NCBI RefSeq assembly: GCF_006345805.1
Contig: NC_043004.1
Coordinates: forward strand, 73,222,001 to 73,286,000
Reading direction: 5' to 3'
DNA length: 64,000 nucleotides
Source of the DNA: Octopus sinensis
Taxonomy: Eukaryota
Under the pieces are notes generated by a model. The model was given only the letters and a program-made list of their open reading frames with translations, was not told the origin of the DNA and ran no database searches. The position numbers were made by a program, and so were the translations under genes. This document shows, one piece after another, positions 27,830 through 41,129 of the stretch. Position 1 is the first letter of the stretch. Each line of letters begins with the position of its first letter.

Positions 27830-28110
27830 GACTTGTAGTTATTTTATCGTACTCTTTTACCGAACCGCCAAGTTACGGGGGTATAAATAAACCGACAAGT
27901 TGTCAAGCGGTGGCGGAACACACACACACACACACACAAACATATATATAATCGTACGTGCACGCCCACACGACTGGCTTCCCGTTTCCGTCTACCAAAT
28001 TCTCTCACAAGGCATTGGTTGGCCAGGACCTATATTAAAAGACATTTGCCCATGCTCTCGTGCATATAGGTGCAAAGCGAGCTTCTTAACCACTTAACTA
28101 TGCCTGCACC
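27830..28110 (-). mobile_element. SINE family A, partial
   Basis: CGAACCGCCAAGTTACGGGG..GACTGGCTTCCCGTTTCCGTCTACCAAATTCTCTCACAAGGC..CTTCTTAACCAC. Confidence 0.75.
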
Positions 28111-29296
28111 TATATTAATATTTGGTCTTCAACTCTATTTTGTTCTCCCTTTACTTTAAGATAAGCAAAATTAATTTAATAATATTCATTTAACATCTAA
28201 AGATATTTCTCTTTCCCTTACAGTTTAACGAATACTTATTATATACGGTCAGTGGTTCTATCTTTCTCTATACCAAAGCTAATTAAATAATATTCCTTCC
28301 ACTCAAAGCACCTTCAGCTCTTCCAATATATTTTCTTAGACTATATTTTACTTTCCTAGTTTAATATAATTATTTAAACTAATTCTACTTTTTTTTACAA
28401 GGTATAACATTGTATGCTTAACTACGATAACAAGTTTCTTTTTCTTATTTTTGGTTTCCATTCGTTATTGTTGCTTTTTTTCCTAATCCTTTTCCCCCAC
28501 TTCTAACTAGACCTGACAAATTTAATAATATTATTATGTTATCCATAACGTGAAAATTTTTTCATTACCTTATCTAAATATTATAATCCACACAGTTTTG
28601 CCTCTAACCATCGCATACTTTAAACGAATTGGTTTTTAACGTTAAGCTCTAGGAAGTTATTCACACACACGCTATTTTAGATACATTTAATCGATTTAAA
28701 TATTTATACAAATTTCCTCAAACCTAAACTTAATAAAAATTTCCTCTAATTCAAACTTTTCTATTTATCTTCAATTTTATAATCCTTCTATTTGTCTTCA
28801 ATTTTTATCCAAAGAGTTTAAAACTAAAAGCGACGGTTATAGAATTCAAGCTAAAAAGGAAGGGTAACGGCCTTATTTTCAACTTTTACTCCCCGTCACT
28901 TCCAAACTCCCAATTCCCACTATTTTCAGGTCTATTTTTTTCTTTCCTTTTCTAAACTTTTTTTTTTTTCGGGGTTGAAATAAGTATCAGCCACCACTCA
29001 AAATCACTTTCAAATGGTGGTTGAAACGAATCTCAAAAGCATCTTTAGAAATAAAAATCAGATACTCGACTTCCAAACGTAAACAGTTCTTTATTTAGCT
29101 TACTAAAACTTTTGTTATTACGAACTAGCACATGCACGCGCGTATGTGTAGATACACAATGTTCAAATGGTTAAGAAGTTCGCTTCGCAATCACGGTGTC
29201 CCGTGTTCGAACCTAAAACAACATGATTGCGGAGCGAACTTCTTAACCACAGAACCATGACTGCCAGAATTATCAGCCAAATTACATTGTTTGTTC

Positions 29297-29575
29297 CTTC
29301 TCGAGCCACGCCTGGCTCATAAGGGCCGGTTTCCCGGTTTCCCTAGCGTATAGGTTCCCTACTTGGACGGGACGCCGGTCCGTCGCAGGTGAGATGCAAA
29401 ATGCAGGAGGAAACATTGAGAGAAAGTTGTGGCGAAAGAGTCAGCAGAAGTTCGCCATTACCCACTGCCGGAGCCGTGTGGAGCTTAGGTGTTTCGCTCA
29501 TAAACACACACATCGCCCGGTCTGAGATTCGAACCCGCGATCCCTCGGCGAATGACGGCTCAGCAAACCACAGCT
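29297..29575 (-). mobile_element. tRNA-derived SINE, family C variant
   Basis: CTCGAGCCACGCCTGGCTCATAAGGGCCGGTTTCCCGG tail shared with 16345; B-box-like GTTCGAATCTC on the minus strand at ~29525. Confidence 0.75.
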
Positions 29576-29757
29576 ACACAATGTTCTTAGGTCAATATTT
29601 TGTCGTGTCGTCTGGACTTTTGGACAAAGTGTAATGGTGTTTGGTATTTTGGTTTGCTGAACAACCTGCAGTGAGCGCAGTTTGTGCAGAACCAGTTCCG
29701 CTCTCTCGTCCTTCCAACTTCTATTGCTGCGGCGCAACAAGTGTCTCAAGCCCAGTA

Positions 29758-29963
29758 CAGTAATCCCTCGTCATATAGCCGTTCACCTATCGCGCACTCA
29801 GTACATCGTGGATTATTTTGACTAATATATGTAAATTCATATCGCGAACTCCTCAGTATGTCGCGGGTTTCTGCGGCCGATAAGCATTTATATTTTTTTA
29901 GATTTTAATCATTTCTGTGGGAGGTTTTGGAACGTAACACCTGCGATAGTCGAAGGATTACTG
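29758..29963. mobile_element. Tigger/pogo-like MITE, 206 bp
   Basis: TA-CAGTAATCCCTCG ... CGAAGGATTACTG-TA; TIRs match at 12 of 13 positions; TA duplication at 29756-57 and 29964-65. Confidence 0.85.
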
Positions 29964-30450
29964 TATTTGTATGAAGTTACCATCTCTTACATGGACAGTT
30001 AAAAGAGCTGAAGAGCCTCATCTCTCCTGGGTCCGTTGGGGTGTTTGCGAGTGACCTTCTCTCTGAGACAGTTCCGTGACATGCTAATCAAACCATAACT
30101 AGAGCCCTGACAGTAAACCTAGGAACAATAGAAGCTCATCAAAATTTTGTGACGACCAAACCAGAGCCCCGTTACTGGATGCCGTTTAAACAATGCACAA
30201 ACACTAAGATATTAGTATAGATGTATATTGAAATTGCTGAAATTGGCATTAGTTCTTAACGAAGTGAAAATTGATAAGCAGCGAAGGAGGGTCTTTGTTT
30301 CTAAGCGAAGTATTTATGTGTGCGTGTATGTATGAAAGTAATTACATAGGAGTGCGAGTACATGTGTTTAAATATGTGAGTGTATGAAAGATTGTAGACA
30401 TGAGATTGTGTGTATGTTACCTTCCAGTAAACATTAGTGTGTGTGTTGTA

Positions 30451-30506
<56 letters not shown>

Positions 30507-30634
30507 CATATATATATATACATACATATATATATACACATATATTAATACATATATATCCATATATAAATATCCATATATATATATCCATATTATATAT
30601 ATATACACATATATATATACACACACACACACAC

Positions 30635-30670
<36 letters not shown>

Positions 30671-30904
30671 AATTTAGTGAACATCTGTGAATATATCAGT
30701 GTAGGTACACATGTTTATACATGTGAATGTGTGTATATTTCCATGCATATGATAACTTTGTTTATCTCTATCCAGCACATATGTATATATGCATGTATGT
30801 ATGTATGTAGGTAGGTAGGTTGGTAAGTAGGTAGGTAGGTAGGTAGGTAGGTAGGTAGGTATGTAGGTAAGTATGCACATATGTATGTCTGTTGTGTGTG
30901 CATG

Positions 30905-30945
<41 letters not shown>

Positions 30946-31466
30946 ACATGGGTACACGTGAGTGTACAAGTGTGTGTGAATAGGTGTTTGTCTAAACAAG
31001 AGTGTATATTTTCAGCTATACGATGTTTGTGCGTCTCCTTCTGGTGTATCTTGTATTATGTATGTATGTATGTATGTATGTATGTATGTATGTATGTATG
31101 TATGTATGTATATATATATTTGCATGTCTGTGGTTGTGCGTATATATCATTCTTCAGGACACATTTATGTATTTCGAATATATGTATGTATATATATGCA
31201 TGTGTGAGCGTATATGCGTGTTTTTCCACACATGTGATACATGTGCATTTCTCTCCAGTAATTATTTCCCCATAAAAGCGAGAGTGAATATGTGTTTGTC
31301 TACGTGAGTGTATATAAATATATGGTTCAAAAATATACAAAAAAAATCGGAGACAGGTGAAAGAACAGCAAACAGAGTGTATTAGTTTAACGCTCAGGAA
31401 AAATGGAAGAAGTCTTAACGTTTCGAGCCTACGCCCTTTTGCAGAAAGAAGAGAGAAAACAGTTTT

Positions 31467-31499
<33 letters not shown>

Positions 31500-32002
31500 A
31501 TGCGTGTTGACATACACACGCTATATGTGTATGTATGTGTTTCTATATGTAACTGTCTTTCTCTCAAATGGATATTTGTGTATATATCAGTGTGAATACA
31601 TGCATGTGTGTAGCTGATGTGATGTATACTTGTATACATGCGATGTATGTGTATATGTGCCTGTCTCCAAGTAAGCATTTGCGTATAAGGGAGTAAGAAT
31701 CTATATGCGAATGAATGTATATTTTCATATATGTCGTATACGCATTTATGTGTGTATGTGAGTGTGTGTATGAGAGAGAGAGAGAGAGTGTGTGTGTGTG
31801 TGTGTGTGTACACACTGTGTAGAGATTGGCGCTAGGAAGGGCATCAAGCCGTAGAAATTATGCCGAAGCAGACATGGAGCTTGACGCAAAATTGGAGACT
31901 CGCTGAATCCTGTCAAACCGTCCAACTCATACCAGAATGGAAAAAGGACGTTAAATTTTATATAGAGAGAGACAGACAGACATACAGGCAGAAACAAAGA
32001 GA

Positions 32003-32188
32003 GACGCAGGCGTGGCAGTGTGGTAAGAAGCTTGCTTCCCGACCACATGGCTCCGAGTTCAGTCCCACTGCGTGGCACCTTGGGCAAATGACTTCTACTA
32101 TAGCCTCGGCCCGACCAAAGCCTTGAGTGGATTTGGTAGACGGAAATTGAAAGAAACCCATCGTATACATGTGTGTGTGTGTGTGTGT

Positions 32189-32265
<77 letters not shown>

Positions 32266-32470
32266 GCTTCTGTGTTTGTCACCCGCCATCGCTTGACAAC
32301 CGATACTGGTGAGTTTATGTCCCCATAAACTAGCAGTTCGGCAAAAGAGACCGATAGATTAAGTACTAGGTTTACAAAGAATAAGTCCTGAGGTCGATTT
32401 CTCCGACTAAAACCCTTCAAAACGGTTCTCCAGCAAGGCTGCACTGAAATGACTGAAACAAGTAAAAGAA
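32003..32470 (+). mobile_element. SINE family A with a long internal (GT)n
   Basis: GACGCAGGCGTGGCAGTGTGGTAAGAAGCTTGCTTCCC..GCACCTTGGGCAAAT..(GT)n 32170-32263..GAAACAAGTAAAAGAAT. Confidence 0.9.
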
Positions 32471-32532
32471 TAAGAGTAACAGAGAATATATATATATATA
32501 TATATATATAATACATATATATATATATATAC

Positions 32533-32574
<42 letters not shown>

Positions 32575-32578
32575 TGTT

Positions 32579-32690
32579 GTGACAATTATTCGGTAGCCAT
32601 TGTCACATATATTTACAGATAAATTCCTATTTACATAATATCGAGGTCTCCTTCATTCCTTTGTTGTCTTACCATTTCTAATCAATATAT
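32579..32690 (+). mobile_element. Fragment of the pLTR-like repeat seen at 40259-40650, with an 8-bp inverted junction
   Basis: TTTACAGATAAATTCCTATTTACATAATATCGAGGTCTC.. matches ~40345-40415; GTGACAAT (32579-86) and ATTGTCAC (32599-606) are inverted. Confidence 0.65.
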
Positions 32691-32721
32691 ATATATATAT
32701 ATAGATATATATATATGTATA

Positions 32722-32767
<46 letters not shown>

Positions 32768-32825
32768 TATATATATATGATTTATTATATTATATATGGT
32801 ATATGTTATATATATATATGTATAC

Positions 32826-32890
<65 letters not shown>

Positions 32891-33344
32891 ATAGATATAT
32901 ATATTGTATATGTATATATATACCGCACAGATGAAATGTGTATGTGTAATTGTGAGTATATAAGTGGGTGTAAGGGAATATGTTTGCACACATGTGATGT
33001 ATACACAACTATCCTTCTAGCACACCGTTGTGTATACACCAATGAGTAAAAGTATATGTGTAATACATATGTGTGTCTCACATACATACACCATATATAC
33101 TCAACTCAGCATATGGATATTACACGTACCTGTAGATATGAACACAAATATACATATATACACATTTACTCTCTGATATATACTCAACAGAATACTCTCT
33201 TCCATAGACATATCGGCAAGCACATAACTTTAGGCACTTGTGTGTGTGTGTGTGTGTGTTTGCGTGCGCGCGCATATGGGTGTGTGCATTTGTGTGGGGG
33301 GTGTACATTATATAAGTATGTATATGCACATTTGGAATGGGTGC

Positions 33345-33382
<38 letters not shown>

Positions 33383-33848
33383 TATATAAATATATCTTGT
33401 AGTGAAGCGTTTTGTATATATGAACGTACATGCATGCAGTGTATGTGCATGTCTGTGTGTTTGTGTGCGCGTGTACTTATGTGTGTGTGTGTGTGTGTGC
33501 GTGCACATAGCTGTATCTATATTACAAACACAAAAACAATGACTCTTTGATTTGAGCGATGAAGCTGCTTATTTATTTACTGTAACTATATATTTGATAA
33601 CCTCCATATCGTTTTCCCCCCAAACATGAACATTCACCATAGTCAGTGCGTGTGTGTGTACGTGTACGTGTGTGTGTGTGTGTGTGGTCCGCGTGTATGT
33701 TCGTGGGCGTGTCTATATACATATACATATGCATATATGCATGAATGTATGTATATACGTACATACAAATATATATACACACGTGTGTACATATATACAC
33801 ACATACATATTCGCATATATATATATATAATATATATATATATATATA

Positions 33849-33950
33849 CGAGAGGTGTATGAAAAGTCTTGAGCCTCAAAAAAACAAAAACATGGTAAAG
33901 ACTTCAAAGCTCAAAGCCATTAAGGTTCAAAACTTTTCATACACCCCTTC
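33849..33950. mobile_element. Very short mariner-type MITE (~100 bp)
   Basis: TA-CGAGAGGTGTATGAAAAGTCTTGAGCCT (to 33876) and AGGTTCAAAACTTTTCATACACCCCT (33923-33948) are inverted, 23 of 26 matching; TACGAGGG-type terminus like the mariner TIR ending at 4657-4659. Confidence 0.75.
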
Positions 33951-33971
33951 AATGTATGTATATATATAATA

Positions 33972-34030
<59 letters not shown>

Positions 34031-34689
34031 ATATATATATGAAATACAAAAATGGACAAGAACGCAAAACATCCAGACAGTTAGGTGAAACAAAAAAGGG
34101 AAAACAAAATAGCCAGACAGACGATACAAGGAAAACAAGGACGAATCATCCGGAGTTTTCTATCCTCAGTCGAGTTCCAGATTATCTTTGCAATTTCGGC
34201 TGGTTATACTTCGATTGTTCCAATCTGGCCAGCCCCAATGAAAAAATAAGCTACGAGCATTACATTCCTTGGAAGAAAGCAGCGAATGTATACAAAACCA
34301 AGGACGGAAAAAAAAAACAGAAATATGTTACACAAATACAAATAACAGGATATAACAACATGTCTCTTTCGACTAAGGACGAATTAAATTAAGCTGGCAT
34401 TAATACACATACATATATATATATATATATATGAGTGTGTTCTGTGCTTATACACACACACACACATACACGCACGCACATATGCACATACACACATAGA
34501 TATACTTTTGTTCCTTTATTTTTTTTATACAACATATTCCCCCCTTAGATTCACACACTTATTGCAGCGGTCCTTCAGTTTTTCTAAGTCCTGTAAAAGA
34601 ACTCGGAAGGTAGGGCCTCCAACCAGGCCTTCCGCGATACTATTACAGCCATCAACTTTTCGGTACTCCCTCGTGTGCGTGTGTGTGTA

Positions 34690-35520
34690 TATTCTTTTAC
34701 TTGTTTCAGTCATTTGTCTGTGGCTATGCTGGAGCACAAATCGGTCCCATGACTTATTCTCTGTGAGCTTAGTACTTATTCTATCGGTCTCTTTTGCCGA
34801 ACCGCTATTTACGCAGAGGTAAACACACCAACATCGGTTGTCAACGATGGTAGGGGACAAACAACACATAAATACATCTATATATATATTATATATATAT
34901 ATATATAATATATTATATATATATATATATATATATTTGGCTCAAAAAGCAAAAAGCAAGACCATGTGGGGGACATGGAGTTATGTACGGGTGGTGTTCA
35001 TGTAAATATAGTTCAGCCATTTGTGGTCAAGGAGACTTTGAACCGAGCGGTCGTCGGCATCTTCACTATCTCGTCCGGCAGCTTATTCCACGGATCCGCA
35101 ACCCGGACAGAGAAAGCCCCTCTCCTTCGATTGAGGTGAAATCGTCGCAGATAGAGCTTTTCGGAGTGACCCCGCAGCCGACGTTCTGGAGCAGGAGTGA
35201 AGAACAGCTCTTTCGAGAGGTTACACTTTCCGCTTATGATGTTGTGAGCAAGAATGAGATCTCCACGGCGTCGTCGTTTTTCTAGAGAATAAAGGTCGAG
35301 CGTCGTCAGCCTTTCTTCATAAGACAAATGCTTGAGACCAAGAACCATGCGGGTAGCCAGCTTCTGGACACGACGGGCGTTTTACAGTTTCCATCTACCA
35401 AATCCACCTTGGTCGGCCCGTGGCTATAGTAGACGACACTTTCCCAAGATGCCGAGCAGCGAGATTGAACCCGGAACCATGTAGTTGGGAAGCAAGCTTC
35501 TAACCACGCAACCACCTATA
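34690..35520 (-). mobile_element. SINE family A interrupted by a CR1 fragment
   Basis: Tail half at 34690-34870 and head half resuming ACGACGGGC at 35370. Confidence 0.8.
34936..35369 (-). mobile_element. CR1-clade LINE 3' fragment (same family as 9708-10754)
   Basis: ORF 35013..35348 MVLGLKHLSYEERLTTLDLYSLEKRRRRGDLI..WNKLP; same 3' UTR TTTGGCTCAAAAAGCAAAAAGCAAG; roughly 90% similar to copy 1 by eye. Confidence 0.92.
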
Positions 35521-35915
35521 AGCCAATCCTGCGCCTATTACATCTGTTATAATGTCTGCTGTAGTAAGGTGCCTCCTTATCTCGATTTTATATTTAAGGC
35601 GAGAAACAATCCCTCTAAATCAAATTATGAATGAATTAACTATCATCAATGTGTAATATGTGGTGGGCCTTGATGGGTGGAGTTATTTCAGTGACAGATG
35701 TTCAAGATACGAACTGACAGAGATAAATCTTCTAAATTTGAACCCAAACCAAATTGAATCAAAAAATTATGACTAAAACTAGAAGAATATCTAAAACACA
35801 CAGGTGAATTAGAATTCTATAAACAGGAAAAAATATATATATTTAATTTCTCAAGCAAAAATGAAACATGTTTATTTTCAAACCCTCCGCGCGCGTGTGT
35901 GTGTGTGTGTGTGAA

Positions 35916-35959
<44 letters not shown>

Positions 35960-36161
35960 TGTCTGTCTGTCGGTTTGCGTGTGTGTGTGTGTGTGTGTCT
36001 GTCTGTCTGTCGGTTTGCGTGTGTGTGTGAGTGAGCGTATGTATATACTATTATTTAAAACAGTTTGTTTCGGCTCCATACGACTTTAAGTTTCGCGAGC
36101 CTCTAACAGAAGCCCGTCTCTTTCAGGCTTAGATAGTGTGTGTGCGTGTGTGTGTGTGTGT

Positions 36162-36286
<125 letters not shown>

Positions 36287-36594
36287 TAAATAAAATATTG
36301 ATAATATGGAGAGTGGAGAATTTGAACATTCAAACTACTTTATGTTTATTTCCAGTTATCTGGATATAAACGTAAAGTTTGAATGTTCAAATTCCTCATT
36401 CCCCTTATTATCAATATTGTACTTTACACTCTAAGTAGCCAAGAAATAAACTGCAGCATCGGATGTGAATTAAAGGAAGTTTACCAAAAAATGCACCATC
36501 TGAAGGAACCAGCCTTGGCATTTTGCATATAGAAATTCGGTAGCTGCCTGGATATTATATCTTATATACCTCCTCTTGCTATATATATTTATAC

Positions 36595-36625
<31 letters not shown>

Positions 36626-37074
36626 TATATATTATATATATATATATATACACACACACATATATATAGATATATATATATATATATATAATATATATAT
36701 ATAGCAAGCAGAAATTAAAGGTGTTTATTTTCAGACTCTCCGTACATAGATGTGTGCGTGCGTCTGTGTAAATATATATGTATGAGTGTGTGAGTATATA
36801 CATATATATGTATGTATACACACATACGCACACATATACATACATGTATGATTATCCTTTAAACCAACGATTAACACAGACGTCACGGAGGATATGAAGA
36901 GCACAAAAATGTTCAAATGTTCAAATCTTTATCGAGCTAAATCTTATTACTTTTTGTAGTTGTTTTCTTATATAATTTCTTTTTCTTACGTTTAAAGGAA
37001 TCGTTTTTGAATGCAGAGCCTTTAATAAAGACCTTTCCCTTAAATTCCGGAATACACAAACACACACACACACA

Positions 37075-37437
37075 GATATGTGGTATGAAACTTGCTTCCC
37101 AGCCACATGGTTCCAGGTTCAGTCCCAGCATCACACACCTTTGGCAACTGTCTTATTCTATAACCTGTCTTATTCTATAACCAAAACCTCGTTTGAGGAT
37201 TTGATAGACGGAAACTGAAAGAAGCCCGTCGTGTGTGTATGTGTGTGTCCTTGTGCCTGCGTTTGCCCACCACCATCACCACCATCGCTTGACAACCGAT
37301 GTGTCCCCGTAAGTTGATGGTGCGGCAAAAGATACCGAAAGAATAAGTCCTGGGATCGATTACCTCGACTAAAAGACCCCTTAAGGCGGTGCTCCAACAA
37401 GGCCGCAATCAAATGACAGAAACTAGTAAAAGAATAA
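37075..37437 (+). mobile_element. SINE family A (diverged)
   Basis: GTGGTATGAAACTTGCTTCCC..GATTTGATAGACGGAAACTGAAAGAAGCCCGTCGT..GGTGCTCCAACAAGGCCGCAATCAAATGAC. Confidence 0.85.
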
Positions 37438-37489
37438 ACGTACATATATATATAAAAGCATTTAAGCGTAACTTCAACAATATTCTTTT

Positions 37490-37878
37490 CTACTCTAGGC
37501 ACAACACCCGAAATTTGTGGGGGAAAGGCCAGTCGATTAGATCGACCCCATACGCAACTGGTACTGTATTTATCGACTCCGAAAGGATGAAAGGCAAAGT
37601 CGACCTCGGCAGAATTTGAACTCAGAACGTAACAGCAGACGAAATACCTATTTCTTTACTACCCACAAGGGGCTAAACAAACAGGGGACGAACAAGGACA
37701 GACAAGCGGATTAAGTCAATTAGATCGACACCAGTGTGTAAGTGGTACTTATTTAATCGACCCCGAAAGGATAAAAGGCAAAGTCGACCTCGGCGGAATT
37801 TGAACTCAGAACGTAGCGGCAGGCGAAATACTGCTAAGCATTTCGCCCGGCGTGCTAACGTTTCTGCCAGCTCGCCGC
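37490..37878 (-). mobile_element. SINE family B with an internally duplicated body (two units)
   Basis: Two copies of ATCGACYCCGAAAGGATRAAAGGCAAAGTCGACCTCGGCRGAATTTGAACTCAGAACGTA; head CTGCCAGCTCGCCGCC at ~37865. Confidence 0.85.
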
Positions 37879-38368
37879 CGCCTTAGTAACTTCAACAATA
37901 TTACACAAGATAGCTTCCTTGTGGCGGGTGTTTTCAGAAGACATTTACGAAAAGTTCTCGCGGTTCTTTTTTCTTTGTTTTTTTTCTCTTTTCTTTTGCT
38001 TTTTTTGTGTGTGTGTGTGTGTGTGTGTGTGAATGATGAGTTGTTGCGCGGGTTGGAATGGCAGAGCAGCGATACGTAACAATTTGTTTGGTTGAGTGCG
38101 AAAGGACATTTTTTACGGTGTGAGCCTTCTCGATGCGCAGTGTCAAGTTTTGCGTGCTTTAAAGGTCCAAACCGAGCAGGGGATGAGACGCTGTGGAAAG
38201 GGTGATCTTGGAACACCACCACTTCTCCACCAGCACCACTACCACCGCAACCACCGCAACCACAGTGGCCACCACTACCATGATACTAAATACAAAATGA
38301 AGTGTTGCTTCTGTTATTTCTTCTGGGACGTAACTGTCTTTTATCATGAGACAATCAGATTAACACTA

Positions 38369-38432
<64 letters not shown>

Positions 38433-38781
38433 ATCTAAGTGTATCAATATATGAGCACGTGCACAATTATTATTATTTGTTTCTTTTTTGTTTTTTTTTT
38501 GTTTTTACTTGTTTCTTGTTCTTTTATTATTTTCGTTTGATTTGTACAGTTTTTTTTTTTTCTGTTTTCGTTTCTGCAGAAAGGGGGTGGGGACAACGAT
38601 CAACTTTTTTTTTCCATCTTTTTTGCCCCCCCCCCTCCCCACTACCATTCCGCTCACCAGTGCCACCACCAACATCCCCATTGTACCATTTGACACAATC
38701 CAGAGAATACTGAAGGAGCCAGCAAGCTGTGGTGCAATATCTGTCAATTCTCTACGAATACATACATACATACACACCACA

Positions 38782-38837
<56 letters not shown>

Positions 38838-39032
38838 CATACATTTATTTATATATATATACACATTACATATACACAGCAGCGTATGTACAATTGTACA
38901 AAAACACACACACACAGACATATATATATATATATATTATATATACATACATACATTTATTTATATATATAACACATTACATATATACACAGCACGTATG
39001 TACAATTGTACAAAAACACACACACACACATT

Positions 39033-39075
<43 letters not shown>

Positions 39076-39129
39076 TATATACATTTATGTACATACGTAC
39101 ATATGTGTGTGCGTATGCTTTGTGTCTAG

Positions 39130-39160
<31 letters not shown>

Positions 39161-39178
39161 CATTAATGTACATACGTA

Positions 39179-39217
<39 letters not shown>

Positions 39218-40006
39218 ATGTATATGGTGAACTCCATTTAACTGACTTAGAGGGAGGGAGAAGAGACTCCCACAAAACTACCACCACAACGAATACAAAC
39301 AACATCGAACCACTGTCATCACAACTGGTACCCGCCACCCTGAACAGCCTCAACCTACCTCGATATCATCACCACCACAACCGCCGCTACCACAACCACC
39401 CCGGCATCAACGTTTATTTTATCGCCACCACTTTGCTGCAACCGTCACTGCAACACCACGGCACCACTGCACTAGCCACCGTGGCACAGTCCGATGCAGC
39501 GCCCTTCACTTACTTCCTGGCTGACACAAGCAATATTTCATTACTATTTATAGTAGTAATACTATTCACAAACCTCCAGCAACACCAGTCCACCCAAACC
39601 CCGACCACCGCAAGTCCCCACCCCACCCACAACCACCACCAACCTGTAGCCACAGCATCACCACCACCACCACCACCATTACAAGCTGCAACTGCACAAT
39701 CGTGTTTGTTTTTAAGGAAATGGGGATGGAATTTATCAACGGAATAATAATTTATGAAATAGATGGTGGAGGGGGGGGCAATAGAGAGGAGTGTGCAAGT
39801 ATCTTGTATTTATGGCTTCCTGAAGGGATCATATACTTGTACATAGTGGCTGTCGTTGTTGTTGTTATTAAATGCTAGTGGAAACCGAGGGTCAAGCACA
39901 TTCCGTCTTTGGTCATAACCTTCGAAAGGTGGGTTATAACGATTACATGTCTAGTATTTTTTTTTAATCTCGTACTTATTCTGTCGGTGTTTTAAGCCGA
40001 ACCGCT

Positions 40007-40106
40007 NNNNNNNNNNNNNNNNNNNNNNNNNNNNNNNNNNNNNNNNNNNNNNNNNNNNNNNNNNNNNNNNNNNNNNNNNNNNNNNNNNNNNNNNNNNNNN
40101 NNNNNN
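40007..40106. other. Assembly gap (100 N)
   Basis: Run of exactly 100 n; a family A SINE tail is cut at the left edge. Confidence 0.99.
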
Positions 40107-40258
40107 TTTATATATTTTTATATATTTTATTGTATTTATAATAATTTTTATGACGAAAAATGCGAGCGATGTATAAGTACGCAGGCAAAGCAGAGTTATA
40201 ACAGAGTAATTTCCCTTCTTTTTTCACGGTATTTTTTCATAACGTTTTCAAATAGCCA

Positions 40259-40318
40259 GATAACCGAAGAGATGGTGTTTGTGGTTCCACTTCGGCATCT
40301 GAAACTCAGAGTTTTATC
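40259..40318 (+). ncRNA. Type I hammerhead motif (U4C variant), copy 1 of a tandem pLTR-like pair
   Basis: GATAA-CCGAAGA-GATG..CATC-T-GAAA-CTC-A-GAGT-T-TTATC; helix I is a perfect 5 bp; helix III ACTC/GAGT; GUU triplet. Confidence 0.65.
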
Positions 40319-40424
40319 TTGACTACCGAGTAATGTAACATATTGTATAGATAAATTTCCTCTATTTACACAATATTGAGGTCTCTTTCTTTCTTTTGTT
40401 ATCTACCGTTTTATCAATATATAT

Positions 40425-40488
<64 letters not shown>

Positions 40489-40545
40489 CATATATATATA
40501 TATATATACACACATATCTATAAACATATACATATCCGATGGCCG

Positions 40546-40606
40546 GATAACTGAACAGATGGCGGCGGGATTTCCATCCTGACATCCGAAACTCGGAGTT
40601 TTTATC
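40546..40606 (+). ncRNA. Type I hammerhead motif (G8C variant), copy 2
   Basis: GATAA-CTGAACA-GATG..GGAT-ttcc-ATCC..CATC-C-GAAA-CTC-G-GAGT-T-TTTATC; one extra T after the cleavage site. Confidence 0.6.
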
Positions 40607-40675
40607 ATGGCTATTGAATAATTGTCACTTATTATATTTACAGATATGTATATATATATATGTGTATATATACAT

Positions 40676-40745
<70 letters not shown>

Positions 40746-41078
40746 CTATATATATACATTCACACTTACACACACACACATGCATACGTACACTCACCTC
40801 ACACACATGCGCACACATAAACTCAGTATGGCGGATCAACTTATTTAAAACAGCGTAAACATTACAAAGAGTGGAATTCTCTCCAGAAGTATATTGATAG
40901 GATTGGTTTCAATGGGACTTCTAGTTTCGCCTTTAACGACTCATGGAACCAATAGGAAAAGTCACGAAATTTGGGACTTCAAATTGCAACCAAACCAAAT
41001 ACTATGTATATGTATACAAAACATACATACACTAACATACATACCAATACATACATAAAACAACATATATATATATAT

Positions 41079-41129
<51 letters not shown>

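Noticed and set aside
28130-28900. Strand-asymmetric AT-rich stretch suggesting an old LINE ORF on the minus strand
   Set aside because: No convincing APE or RT motif recoverable by eye
34150-34260. Minus-strand GGCTGG...CCAGCC-GAAA-TTGCAA resembling helix II and III of a hammerhead
   Set aside because: No CTGANGA-like core upstream of the stem
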